Source: Octopus sinensis (taxonomy: Eukaryota). From it: a DNA stretch of 64,000 nucleotides. Position 1 is the first letter of the stretch; each line of letters begins with the position of its first letter. The notes beneath the pieces were generated by a model. It worked only from the letters and a program-made list of their open reading frames with translations. It was not told the origin of the DNA and ran no database searches. Both the position numbers and the translations under genes were made by a program. Below, in pieces: positions 51,790 through 64,000 of the stretch. The DNA lies in contig NC_043007.1 in the NCBI RefSeq assembly GCF_006345805.1, forward strand, positions 27,714,001 through 27,778,000, in the 5' to 3' direction.

Positions 51790-53590
51790 CGTATAGCTGT
51801 CAATATTGTATTTGTATGATAATAGAAGAGGTTTTGTCGTAAATTTGGACAAGGATATTTAAATAAAATTTAAGTGACAAAATAAATTTGGAAGAATTAC
51901 CTGTGAATCCAATCACCCGATTATAGAAAAAAATTGTGATATTTTAAAAATGGAGCAAAACAATTTATAAATCACTTTGAATTTAATACAGTGTCGTCAG
52001 TGCAAAGGACAACTTTACTATATCTGTTTCTAAAAATTTCACAAAATGTTTGAAACATTTCCCCTATTAAACCTAATTTGCTGTAGGTATATGAGTTGTA
52101 CGACCAAAATTTTGAAGTGGTTGATTGACTATCTAATTGGATTATTTGCATTCGGGACATGCTTGAAATATTTCCCAAAATTGCAATTTCTTTTAAGCTC
52201 CCAAAAATATTTGCAAACTATCTTTTGGTAACCCGTTCTGTGTTCCCACTTTACTCCCAACATTAACTCTGTTCAAGTAGGGCAAAGTATACAAGGATGC
52301 CTTTAAAATATGGCCACACAAATAATTTCTATGGTATACCCGTTGTAAATTATTGAAGTGGTTTTTTTGCGGAACAAATAACATGAAGTCTTGGGGACAA
52401 ACATTTTCCTTGAAAACGAAAGGCTGTGACATGCGTACCAGCATGGTATTTAATTTCTCTCCAGATTTTAGCTACAGTTACGACAGACATTTATATCACT
52501 TTCTGCTCATGAACTTCATGAACCATTCCTCTATTTAATGGTCATTGGTAGCGCCTTCCTTGTCTGGAAAGGAATGCGGGGTAGTTTAGTTGAATTTCTA
52601 CATTTTTGTGCACGCTTCACACAAAATTATGAATTTAAATTTAACACACATTTCTTGTTCAGTTTTCCGAACTTTTCAGATGGCCACGACTATTTTGCAA
52701 AGCAGCGCCATCTCACCATTTTACTCAACACCTATCCGATCATCTACATCGTATGATTACGTCAAATGCAGCTCCCAATATCTAAGAATAAAACTGTACT
52801 GGCATAAGTGGTTATCGAAAACATAAAAAGGATTTTTTGTGTCAAAGGTAGTTATAGTGAGTTGGAAGAAATAGCAGACCGCATAGAAGTTGGAACAAAT
52901 AGCAGACGATACACTTAAAATTAACGAATTTCAACTATTCACGCCTAAACATAGATGTCAAAGTAAAACTTCTTACCGAATACCTTTACTAAATAACAAG
53001 CCCCGAAATTTCACTACATTTCAAAAGCGTTACACGAGAGTTAACATAATTTATAAAACAATCCCCACTCTAAACAATATATCCTCACCTGTCTGCTGTT
53101 ACTTTACGATATATAAAAATATGAGAAAAATATCAGCTTGTACCACCGAGCGTAATATAAACACAATAGGAATTTCTGAGTGCTTTAGTCCTAAAAAATC
53201 TGCGAGAGAAACAATCTCTGTTCATTGTGTAGCATGAGTTAGATCAATTGTATCACTTTTTTCTGAAAGAAATATTATGGTGTATATTGTCGCCGGGTGC
53301 TGTAAAACTTTCCATTTTCTATATGAAGCTGAAAACACCAAATGTGATTTGATTTACATTGGTTGCACAACAGAAAAAATAAACAGAAGATTTAATGGCC
53401 ATGGCTATGAACAGAACTTGTCTAGCATTTACTACAAATGACCGACTGTACCTTTGAGGAAGACTTTAAAGTAAATATTCTTCGAAAATATTCTAACTTA
53501 AAACAGCTTTCTCTTCTCAAAAGACATGGAGACAAATATATTTGTAATTTGTTAGCGTTCCGTCCTTGGGGACTGAAGAGAAGTGACTTA
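51790..53590 (+). pseudogene. Highly degenerate second Penelope-like element (RT plus GIY-YIG)
   Basis: In order across shifting frames: LSDKINLEELPVNP, LLYLFLKI(HK-like), TKILKWLIDYL, KTKGCDMRTSM, FLVWKG..LVEFL, SSQYLRIK, RIPLL, C..IYIGCT..INRRFNGH..FKVNIL..RPWGLK. Confidence 0.75.
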
Positions 53591-54117
53591 TAATTTTCAA
53601 AAGATTTATACAAAACCTTTTGACTAAACGTTGAATTTTTGGTTCTTTTTCCAATTTTGGATTTTTGTTTCTCTTTAGTCTTTTTTTGAAGCAATTACGG
53701 ATAAATAAAATAAACTTGATGACGTCTTTTTCTTTGGTCCCAGAAGGAATCTAAGATAGTCACGTTGACGCTTTGAATTTCTACATTTCTTTATGCATTT
53801 TAGTTTTCAATATTCTTTTCATAATTTAAATCTGGAACAGTCAGACATGTTTTGTTTTATGTTATAACAAATTCAATTCACTCTTCTAATAGTCTATTAG
53901 TAAATCTTGAAATCTTATTAAATTTCTTCGTAAATGTTTACACCTCTGGCCCTTTCCGTTCCAGTCGGGTCAAGAGTGACTTTACCTTTCACTCTTCCAG
54001 GATGCATAAAGTAAGTACCAATGACAGTTCTAGGTTCGATGAAATCTATCATCCCCTCCAACTAAATTTAAGGATGCGTGCCTATATTTGATGGATTATT
54101 ATTTAATATTACCTGAC

Positions 54118-54610
54118 AAGGCAGCGAGCTGGCAGGATCGTTAGCACACCGGGTGGCGAAATGCTTAGTGGCATTTCATCTATCTTTATGTTCTGAGTTC
54201 AAATTCCGCCGAGGTCGACTTTGCCTTTCCTCTTTTCGGGCTCGATAAATTAAGTACAAGTTGCGTAGTGGGGTCGGTCAAATTGACTGGCTCCTTCCCC
54301 TAAAATTTCAGCCCTTGTACCTAGAGTAGAAAACAATATTACCTGCCGGAAAAAATATTATCTAGAGGCATTTCTTCCTGCCATTTACTTTCTGAGCTAC
54401 CATGACGGGGTCGATAATATATATCGTACTTATGCACTAGGGTTGATGTAATCGACTAGCACCTTTCCCACAATAATGTCCAAGGCCTTGTGCCTAGAAT
54501 AGAAATGAATATTATGGAATTTGCATAAGTACCAGTTACGCACTGGGGTCAATATAATCGACTAGCCCCTTCCCCAAAACAAATTTACAAGGCCTTGCGT
54601 CTAGAGTAGA
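54118..54610 (+). mobile_element. Dominant SINE copy plus repeated partial tails
   Basis: aaggcagcgagctggcagga head at 54118; partial units at ~54400-54500 and ~54525-54610. Confidence 0.8.
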
Positions 54611-55622
54611 AATAATTATCATTGCATTTATATTTTAGTGTAAAGGACGTTTGCGTTGCCTCGGCACATGATTCGAACATTGTATGTTATGCTTAATAGG
54701 AAATTCTTCTTTTCTTTCTAATTGATTTTCCAAGAGAAGATTGTGGTTTGTTTCAGTACCCGCCCCTTTATTGTGGAATGGAAAATAATTGTTCCTGTAC
54801 GGAGATTTAGTTTACACTTAAAACGCATTTATTTTTCTTTCAATATGAATTCCTCCGTTTTACATAACCATAAGTTTTGCGGCATGCAGCTGCTTCGAGT
54901 TTGAAAAAAAAAAATAGAATTGTCATTTGAAAAACATAGATATGAGGAGAAAAGACAAACATAAACAGATAGAATGATGTGAATTAAACCAGCAGATGCA
55001 ATAACAAGTGTTAGATATTAACACTTTGAAAAATAGACAGGACAAAAACAAATAATGATCCTGAACACAATTATACTTGTAAACACAGACTTCTGCACTA
55101 CAACACACAAATATAACAAGTGATGACAAAAATAATAACGACGAGAGCAATAAAATCAATTTTGCAAGTGTTACCAGTCAGAGAGAAACATTAAATGAGT
55201 CTGCTTAGTGGAAAAATAAATAAACATGGCAGAGAGGTGATTGGAAATAATAAGTTGGAATAAAAACTCCTGTCGCATTTGTGACGTAATCACGTGTTCA
55301 AAACTTACGGTGAAATAAGCGTTAGTTTTTACATTCTGATATTTTTAGTTTTCTGATATTTTGCAGATTATTTTATGCCATAGCAGTTAAATTCATATCG
55401 ATTCTGTCCTCTTCAAGTTAGTTTAAATCAGACTCATATAAAACTTTGCATACTCAGAAAATTGAAAAGATGCCCTTTAAAAATACAAACGATAACGAAA
55501 TGCTTATTCTGATCATGGAAAGGATGCTTTACGTGCCTGGGTATTCAAGCTATGGTTTGGTTAACTTCGATCGTGAAGTGGATCTCTCGCGAAAATTATA
55601 CCTGCAGAAAGTGCAAAAGAAA

Positions 55623-55708
55623 CTGCGCATTAATTAGGGTTTTAGGATTAGGGTTAACGTTTTAGGGTTAAGGTTAGAGTTAAGGTTGGGGTTTAAGGGT
55701 TAAGGTAA
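55623..55708 (+). repeat. Degenerate TTAGGG-like interstitial repeat
   Basis: ttagggttttaggattagggttaacgttttagggttaaggttagagttaaggttggggtttaagggttaagg. Confidence 0.7.
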
Positions 55709-57230
55709 CAAAAAAGTCAACAATAAAGAAATTGGAGGTGGAGGGGTAAGGGGGCGCAAAAATTTGAAAAATTCCGATTTTTGGCAATTTTCCGGAATTT
55801 CCGTATCCGAAAAGCTGTGTTTTTGGCAAAAGGTTTAAAAAAAAACCCAATAATTTGCGGGAAAATGGGGGGAAAGAGTCTTTACGAAAATAGTAGCTGA
55901 AAAGCAGCAAAAAACCTAAAAGCACGAACGATTATGGTGGTGTCATGTAGTAAACGTGCTTCAGATACATTCGTTTATTCATAGGAACGTAACTGAGTTG
56001 AAATATGTCATAAATAACAATAACAGAAGTTGTTGTTGACAAACAACAGCAGTAATTTTATTCAGCTGAATGCATGTCATTGATTGGTTGAAATTACCGA
56101 AATACGACAACTTTAACACGAAATAGCTTCGAAAATAGAAAGTTTTCTCAACAACGCTAAGAGTAAAATATGTTTTATGTGACACATTCTACCAATATCC
56201 GAAGTTTCAAAGTGTTTACTTAAAGAAAATTAATTTAACGAGCTGCCCATGAAAAGGAAAAGATCCGAGACCCGCAACTCTGCGGACATACTTCTGCTAA
56301 GACATTAATACAATCGAAAATTAACCGTATTTGGAAATTGATCTTCTCGGTATTACATTCATTTTTCTCAAGGAACTCCTTTCCATCACCAATATTTCTT
56401 GAGTTTTTCATTAGAAATTATCTTAATGAAAATGAGGAAAAGAATATATTAACTTGTCGACGATACAAACTGTTAAAAGGATAGAAAATGTTAAAATAAT
56501 TATGCTTACGACTAAAGTTGATCAAACATTTAGAGCTTGCGGTGTAGTGCGTCTAAACAGAGCGAATTAATAATCCTCCTCTGGTGTCAAAAAGATCACA
56601 AGATCGAATCAAAATATGTCACTTTTATCACCCTAATTTTACACTATTTAATTTGAACTTTGAATTGGTGCTCTTTATTGGAGAAAGCAACAAACAGAGA
56701 CAGTGAATGACAGAAGAATTTATGCCATTAGCATGAGGAAGGGCTCTTGAAACAATTTAGTAATGTCAGAAAGTCCATAATAAACGGTGATGAGAAGAAG
56801 TAAAAGATACCGACCTGGAAATGCATTTATGTGTACACAAAATTAGTCGATCTCGAAATGAAAATATTTTAGAGCCTGCAAAGTGTCAGATAAGGATATT
56901 TCAATGTCACAGTAATTAATTTGGGACAGTATATAATTTATTTTAGATCTGATCATGCTATATGCCCATGGGAATACATGAAAATTGCTAATGGTGATAT
57001 ATCTTAAGATAAAGTGGTATACATTTCATACGGTGTCAATTTTTGTGTCTTCGTTCGTTCATCGGGTCAGCTTCGTCGCTTATGACATCTAATTACTTAA
57101 ACATTAAATAAATCGTTACACGTTTGAGGATATGAACTACAGATTTAGCAGTGCGTCGTCCCAGGCGCTAACACGGCACTGACATTTTGTTTACCACCGA
57201 CATATATGAACCAAGTAATATATAAGCAGT

Positions 57231-57523
57231 GGGGGCGCAATAACCCAGTGGCTAGGGCAGCGGACTCGCGGTCGGAGGATCGCGGTTTCGATTCCCAGAC
57301 CGGGCGATGTGTGTGTTTATTGAACGAAAACAACTAAAACCTCCACGACGTTCCGACAAGGGGTGGACCCGACCCCTGTTGTACTCTTTCGCCACAACTT
57401 TCTCTCACTCTCTCTCCCTGTTTCTTGAGTAACACTGCAATGGACTGGCGTCCCGTCTAGCTGGGCTGAACATATACGCCATAGAAACCGGGAAATCGGG
57501 CCCATGAGCCTGGCTAGGCTTGA
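57231..57523 (+). mobile_element. tRNA-derived SINE (OR1/OR2-like)
   Basis: gggggcgcaataacccagtggctagggcagcggactcgcgg..ttcgattcccagacc; homologous to 478-768. Confidence 0.88.
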
Positions 57524-58879
57524 AAATGGTGTCAAAAAATATATATAAACATGTTTAGAAGAAACATATCCCCTAGCGGTACAAATATAATACCATAAAA
57601 CCGAAGCAAATTCGGTTTAACTCCGTTATAAAATTGAATCTACGTATTTCTTCAAAGTATTTTCATGGAAAATCAGTTTTTATTTCAAAGTAAAATCTCC
57701 TGTTTAAATTATTCTAAATTTACAGGTATTTCGTGAATAACTTCTCGACTACTGAATTTTAATATTTTCCCAGAAAAGGCTATATAATGAAGATTCTATG
57801 GAATCATCGAAAGACCAAGATGTAGCAGCTAAATACGATTCAAATGACTCGCCGCTTCCTTCATAAAGATGTAGTTACTTTGGATAATAAAAACCAAAAT
57901 AAGTCGAAAATTTACTTGTTTATTCATACTGAAACACATCTAACAGGCTTTAAAAGCCTTCCTGGGATTCGTTATACGAGTGAAAGCTGTACGTATGTTG
58001 AATTAATAAAGTGAAGCGTCTCACTTCAGATTCGAACTCAGCTCTTTGACACATGTCTCCAACTCTCATTCGTGGTTCCATTGCTAGTTTTAATTACAAC
58101 ACCTACTTTTAATTGAAAGTTTTAAAAGTTGCGTTTATTTGGCATACGGAAACTGCCGGTCGAATCGCTTTTCATGTGATTATTTACCAGGGAGCTAACA
58201 CTTTCAAAATATTAATGACCAACATTCGTTGTGTAACTATTTGATTAACGACAGCTACTAATTATATGTTCACTTACGTACAAGTTAATTAAACTACACA
58301 GATTTTACTCTTGACCTGACTAAACTGGATTTATTAATGCTGGTTAATTAGGTGATTCCATCCTCTGACATTTGCTGTATAATTGTTGATCTTTTTCATG
58401 TTATCAATCTGCGTTGATGCGTGTCAAACGATGCATTTATATTTGTTCATTTGCTACCATCGTATGAAGATATAAGAGCTAATAGCCAATAGGTTTCAAC
58501 AAATGACTTGCTTGATTCAGAGAGAGAAAATGAAAAAAAAAAAAAAAATTGCAACATTTCATTCGGTATGGTGCATCGTGAAGGGAAGTTCTAAATAAAT
58601 TACATGACATTGCAATTAAATTAGATCCCTAATAAAATATTTCCGTTTGTTTTGTTTCTTTTATATTTTTTTTCTTTAATATGATAATTAAAACGTTCAA
58701 GGTGTTTGTGATTATTTATCTGATATCAAAAGAAGTATCACGTGAATCACACATTATACGTCAACTAATAAACGAACTTAAGTTGCGCTACTAGTCACTC
58801 GACTGGCAAAAATTATTACCAAACTTCCTTCAAACCATGTTCCTTCTGTCTTTGGAAAGAAGAAATTAGACAATATATT

Positions 58880-59410
58880 TATTTCTTTATTTCTGACAAG
58901 GGACTAAACATAGAGGGGGGGGACAAGGCCTGGCAAAGGGATTAAGTCGAGTACCTCGACCCCAGTGCGTAACTGGCTCTTATTTAATCGACCCCGAAAG
59001 GATGAAAAGCAAAGTCGACCTCAGTGGAATTTGAACTCTGAACGTAACGGCACACGAAATACCTATTTCTTTACTACCCACAAGGGGCTAAACACAGAGG
59101 GGACAAACGGATTGAGCCGATTATATCGACCCCAGTGCGTAACTGGTACTTATTTAATCGACACCGAAAGGATGAAAGGCAAAGTCGACCTCGGCGGAAT
59201 TTGAACTCAGAACGTAGCGGCAGGCGAAATACTGCTAAGCATTTCGCCCGGCGTGCTAACGATTCTTCCAGCTCGCCACCTTAACAATAGGAACAATAAT
59301 ACTTTCTAATATAGGCACAAGGCCTGAAACATGAGGGGAGGGGGCTACTGTTTCACTGGTACTTAATTTATAGACCCCGAAAGGATGAAAGGCGAAGTCG
59401 ACCTCCGTGG
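58880..59410 (-). mobile_element. Dimer of the dominant SINE plus a partial copy
   Basis: Junction gaaatac|ctatttc at 59056-59069; head end ccagctcgccacctt at ~59282. Confidence 0.88.
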
Positions 59411-59979
59411 AATAATGACAGTAATAATAGTAATAATGAAATTAAAACAACATTGTTACAATGAATACACGATACATATTACATATTGCTCTGCATTGTA
59501 CCATCTGTTTGGTTGAGACAAATGACCTTTCCTTGAGATAAAATACATTCTAGTTAAATCATACACGAAACAATTCTTTCCCACATATATTACAAATAGA
59601 TTTATTATATGGGAAATTAACCCCTGCTGATACGAGAGTTTTGATGTAAGTGTAATGTTTGTAGCAGCCGCATTGATTACAAGCATTCAGACATTCCGAA
59701 AGTCTTCGACAACTAAAAGTTTTAGAAAGCAATTGAACAGGTCAACTAATGCAGTATTGCTGCGAAGTAATAATAGCATATATTGTGGATAAGTGTGTGT
59801 TTGTGATTGTGCGTATGTATTTGGTTGTGTGTGTGTGTGTGTTTGCGTCTGTGTGTACGTGTGTGTATGTGTGTGTGTGTTTGTGTGTCTGTTTCTGTTT
59901 TAGGTTTGTTGTCTTCACGCCTAAGTGTATATATGTGTTTCACCTGGAGGATGTAAAAGAAACGGAAAAATAGTTGCAT

Positions 59980-60037
<58 letters not shown>

Positions 60038-60390
60038 GTATATAATATATATAAATATATATATGTACACATAAACATATATATATATATACGTATATGT
60101 ATATATATGTGTATATATATGTATATGTATATATATATTATATATATATATATATGTATGTATGCGAGAGTAAATATGATATATATATATATAATACATA
60201 CATATACATATATATATATATATACATATATATATATGTATGTATATATATATTTATATCTTATTCACTCTCGAGGCACATCCTATAGAGCTACAGATCA
60301 TAGCATGTAAATAAATATAGATAAACGTATAGCATAATATATACACAAATATATACTCACACAAACACAGAAATATGTATTTGCAATGTA

Positions 60391-60449
<59 letters not shown>

Positions 60450-60492
60450 AGAGAGAGAGAGACTGAGAGAGGGAGAGAAGAAAGAGAGAAAT

Positions 60493-60535
<43 letters not shown>

Positions 60536-61240
60536 TGTATAATCCTATTACAACTGTTACTCTGCGGTACCTGAACTTCTCGAATTATCAGCTCAGTTTG
60601 ATTTAGTAAATGTAATAATGCTTTTCGCCGTAAAATAACATTTGCCAGCACGACCATTACCATTTCTGACACATTATACAAATCTTCATAAGACACAGAC
60701 CGACTGAATTCTGCAGACATGGATACATACTCTAAAAACGTAACGAACGATACCACTTAAACATTACAAGAAATTTATCACCAACACCTACGACAGCATT
60801 AACTACGAAGTGAAAAGTAATAGCCCCGATATTTAAGCTAATTAATAAAGTGCACTCGTTATCCTAAACCGCAACAAGCGTAGAATTATCAAATATATAC
60901 TAATGAGCAGACGATATTAATGACAAAATTACAAACGTCATTAGATTACCAAAATGAAACAAAAGAAGTGTTAGCGTTAAGTGGTTTAGAAGCATCAGCG
61001 TTGAAATTTTATGTCGTTTCGTTTATTTGGAGATAAGCCAGATCTACCCGACAATTTTCATGCCCGTCTTTCGTTCGTCAAGGCTCTGGAAGTTGGAACT
61101 AAAGATGGTGCTATTGTCAACTGTGATATCGATATCATCATGAATGCCAAGTCTTCATTGATTATATATTTAAGGGATGAGGAATTATGTACCTTATTTA
61201 TATTTGACGGATATGTGTCCTCATCTTGTTTGTTGTTAAG

Positions 61241-61285
61241 AAAAAGTTTCGGCTGATATACCCTCCAGACTTCATCAGGTGCCTT
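61241..61285 (-). ncRNA. Degenerate minimal hammerhead (copy A)
   Basis: CUGAUGA-a-gtctg..cagcc-GAAAC, with the stem III region mutated (ctttt). Confidence 0.45.
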
Positions 61286-61573
61286 GGGGAAATTTCGAAC
61301 CTGGGTTCTCATTCCTAATGAGAACTACGGCAGCGGTACTGGATACTAATAGTTATCGACAAGCTAAACTGGCAGTCCAGCAATATAGGACGAATGCTGC
61401 CGTTGATTAGATCCAAGAGGGCATCCCCTCAGGCTAGCTATGTGACACGAAATTAAATGTATACATGCATGATATTAGTATATGCGTATATGCATACATA
61501 CATGCACACACAAACTCACACGTAAACACATACACATGAATATGCATATGTATATATATATATATATTATATA

Positions 61574-61605
<32 letters not shown>

Positions 61606-62410
61606 AGAGAGAGAGAGACTGAGAGAGGGAGAGAAAGAAGAGAGAAATGCACACACACACACACACCACACACACACACCACACACACATACATGTATAA
61701 TCCTATTACAACTTGTTACTCTGCGGTACCTGAACTTCTCGAAATTATCAGCTCAGTTTGATTTAGTAAATGTAATAATGCTTTTCGCCGTAAAATAACA
61801 TTTGCCAGCACGACCATTACCATTTCTGACACATTATACAAATCTTCATAAGACACAGACCGACTGAATTCTGCAGACATGGATACATACTCTAAAAACG
61901 TAACGAACGATACCACTTAAAACATTACAAGAAATTTATCACCAACACCTACGACAGCATTAACTACGAAGTGAAAAGTAATAGCCCCGATATTTAAGCT
62001 AATTAATAAAGTGCACTCGTTATCCTAAACCGCAACAAGCGTAGAATTATCAAATATATACTAATGAGCAGACGATATTAATGACAAAATTACAAACGTC
62101 ATTAGATTACCAAAATGAAACAAAAGAAGTGTTAGCGTTAAGTGGTTTAGAAGCATCAGCGTTGAAATTTTATGTCGTTTCGTTTATTTGGAGATAAGCC
62201 AGATCTACCCGACAATTTTCATGCCCGTCTTTCGTTCGTCAAGGCTCTGGAAGTTGGAACTAAAGATGGTGCTATTGTCAACTGTGATATCGATATCATC
62301 ATGAATGCCAAGTCTTCATTGATTATATATTTAAGGGATGAGGAATTATGTACATTATTTACATTATTTATATTTGACGGATATGTGTCCTCATCTTGTT
62401 TGTTGTTAAG

Positions 62411-62453
62411 ACAACGTTTCGGCTGATATACACTCCAGACTTCATCAGGTGCC
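62411..62453 (-). ncRNA. Minimal hammerhead motif (copy B) in a PLE-like pseudo-LTR fragment
   Basis: ggcac-CUGAUGA-a-gtctg-gagtgtatat-cagcc-GAAA-c-GUU; core intact, stem I weak. Confidence 0.55.
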
Positions 62454-62715
62454 TTGGGGAAATTTCGAACCTGGGTTCTCATTCTTAATGAGAACTACGG
62501 CAGCGGTACTGGATACTAATAGTTATCGACAAGCTAAACTGGCAGTCCAGCAATATAGGACGAATGCTGCCGTTGATTAGATCCAAGAGGGCATCCCCTC
62601 AGGCTAGCTATGTGACACGAAATTAAATGTATACGTGCATGATATTAGTATATGCGTATATGCATACATACATGCACACACAAACTCACACGTAAACACA
62701 TACACATGAATATGC

Positions 62716-62770
<55 letters not shown>

Positions 62771-64000
62771 TATTTTGTGCCTATCTCTACATGCGATTAT
62801 ACGTATACATATACATACATATACGCTCACATATGCACATACAAACTCATACGCACACGCATACACATATGAATATGAATATATATATGTATACACACAC
62901 ATATATATGTCTATGCACAATCGGATACATGCTGACCACTAACGTCCATCGGACAATATGTTGAATTCTTCTTCATATTATAAATGTTACTACAATATAA
63001 ATTGCAACGCATGGTTTTCTTTTGACTTTTTATCATAACAATTAAGCAAAGTCTTACCTTACCATAATACCAGTTAGTTTAATTTTTAGTCCCATCCTCG
63101 TTTTACCGTTTCGCATGTCTCCAACAACATCGTATTTAATCTTTTTCTCCGAATAGTCCTCATTTCAATTTTCACCTGTATTCACCACATTGAAGCTGAT
63201 TGTCATACGCGAAAATTATTTCCAACGTATGTCAAAGATTGGACTTTCTCTCTCCTCTTAGAGTATGAATTGTAAGCTCTGCATAAACTTGGTCGCAAAA
63301 TATTTACAAATCTTTTCGGAATATATGTACATTGTTTCTCTCATCATGGCTGTTATAAGTCCTTAATATTTCGTAACTATTCTTAGTATCATTTAATCCC
63401 GCTACTTACGTTCCGCGTTCAAATGTCACAAAGATCAACTTTGCTTTCCACTCTTTCAGATCAGATGAAATAATTACCAGTTGATGACTGGGGTCGATAC
63501 AATATATTTTATCCTCCTCTCAAACTTACTAGCATTCTAACAAAATTAGAAATTCGTTTGTACTCTTAATGCGCACACCCAAAACATTATCTGCACTTGA
63601 TATTTTCAGTATGTGTCAAATATATAGCCCTTAGCGCCTTCTCATAGAGACAGCTGGAATCATCAAATAAGTTTTTTTGCGGATATATCAAGTCTGTTAA
63701 AGAAGAACAATATATTTCTGTTACAAATGTCATGGGTTTTCCATTTTGAAGCAATGTGGAGCTCTACAATTCCTTGAGCATGGAATCCTGTAATTTTCAT
63801 AGAGTGCATAATTTTGGCTGGCATTTCCTTTGATTCAAATCCACATGAAGTCCCTTTTACATTTCATCTTGCACGTATTCATAAACATAAATCGCATAAT
63901 ATTACCAATCATATCAACTACATAACATTTCTCATACGAAAGTAACCCCTTGCTAACGAAGGATATTCACAATGAATATTAAAAACTTGAAGGTAACCGA

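Larger units (their letters stand above)
60410..62740 (+). repeat. ~1.16-kb tandem duplication bounded by (TA)n tracts
   Basis: atacatgtataatcctattac at 60531 and 61689; the copies differ by a few substitutions and a 9-bp duplication. Confidence 0.93.

Noticed and set aside
57770-57865. Candidate terminal exon KRLYNEDSMESSKDQDVAAKYDSNDSPLPS* after an acceptor-like ttttcccag; similar weak candidates at 6341-6436, 6945-6998, 24002-24180 and 45290-45405
   Set aside because: Short, no homology recognised and no consistent gene model; compatible with chance in AT-rich DNA.

Overview
AT-rich, repeat-dominated eukaryotic DNA. It is very likely from a coleoid cephalopod (Octopus-like); this is inferred from the tRNA-derived SINE families and the extreme (TA)n/(CA)n/(ATT)n/(GAT)n density. 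No host protein-coding gene can be called with confidence, and almost all listed ORFs are microsatellite or repeat read-throughs. The main feature is a young, 5'-truncated Penelope-like retroelement (PLE) at 15515-19307. Its RT plus C-terminal GIY-YIG coding region (16436-18422, broken by a few 1-nt frameshifts) lies between two near-identical ~0.92-kb inverted repeats. Each repeat ends in a (TA)n tract and carries a type-I hammerhead ribozyme fold (19008-19097 +, 15724-15812 -). At least four more, sequence-unrelated hammerhead or hammerhead-like motifs occur in short non-coding repeat fragments (28430, 34552, 41728, 61241/62411), three of them just upstream of (TA)n. This suggests a diverse population of ribozyme-bearing PLE remnants or retrozyme-like elements. 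Also present: a second, very degenerate PLE (51.8-53.6 kb), a near full-length Tigger/pogo transposon, mariner derivatives (one built from two 5' ends), an R4/Dong-like LINE 3' fragment, three non-autonomous Helitrons, several palindromic MITE-like elements, many SINEs (some as multimers with a fixed junction) and three local tandem duplications. All calls were made by eye; no alignment, folding program or database search was run.
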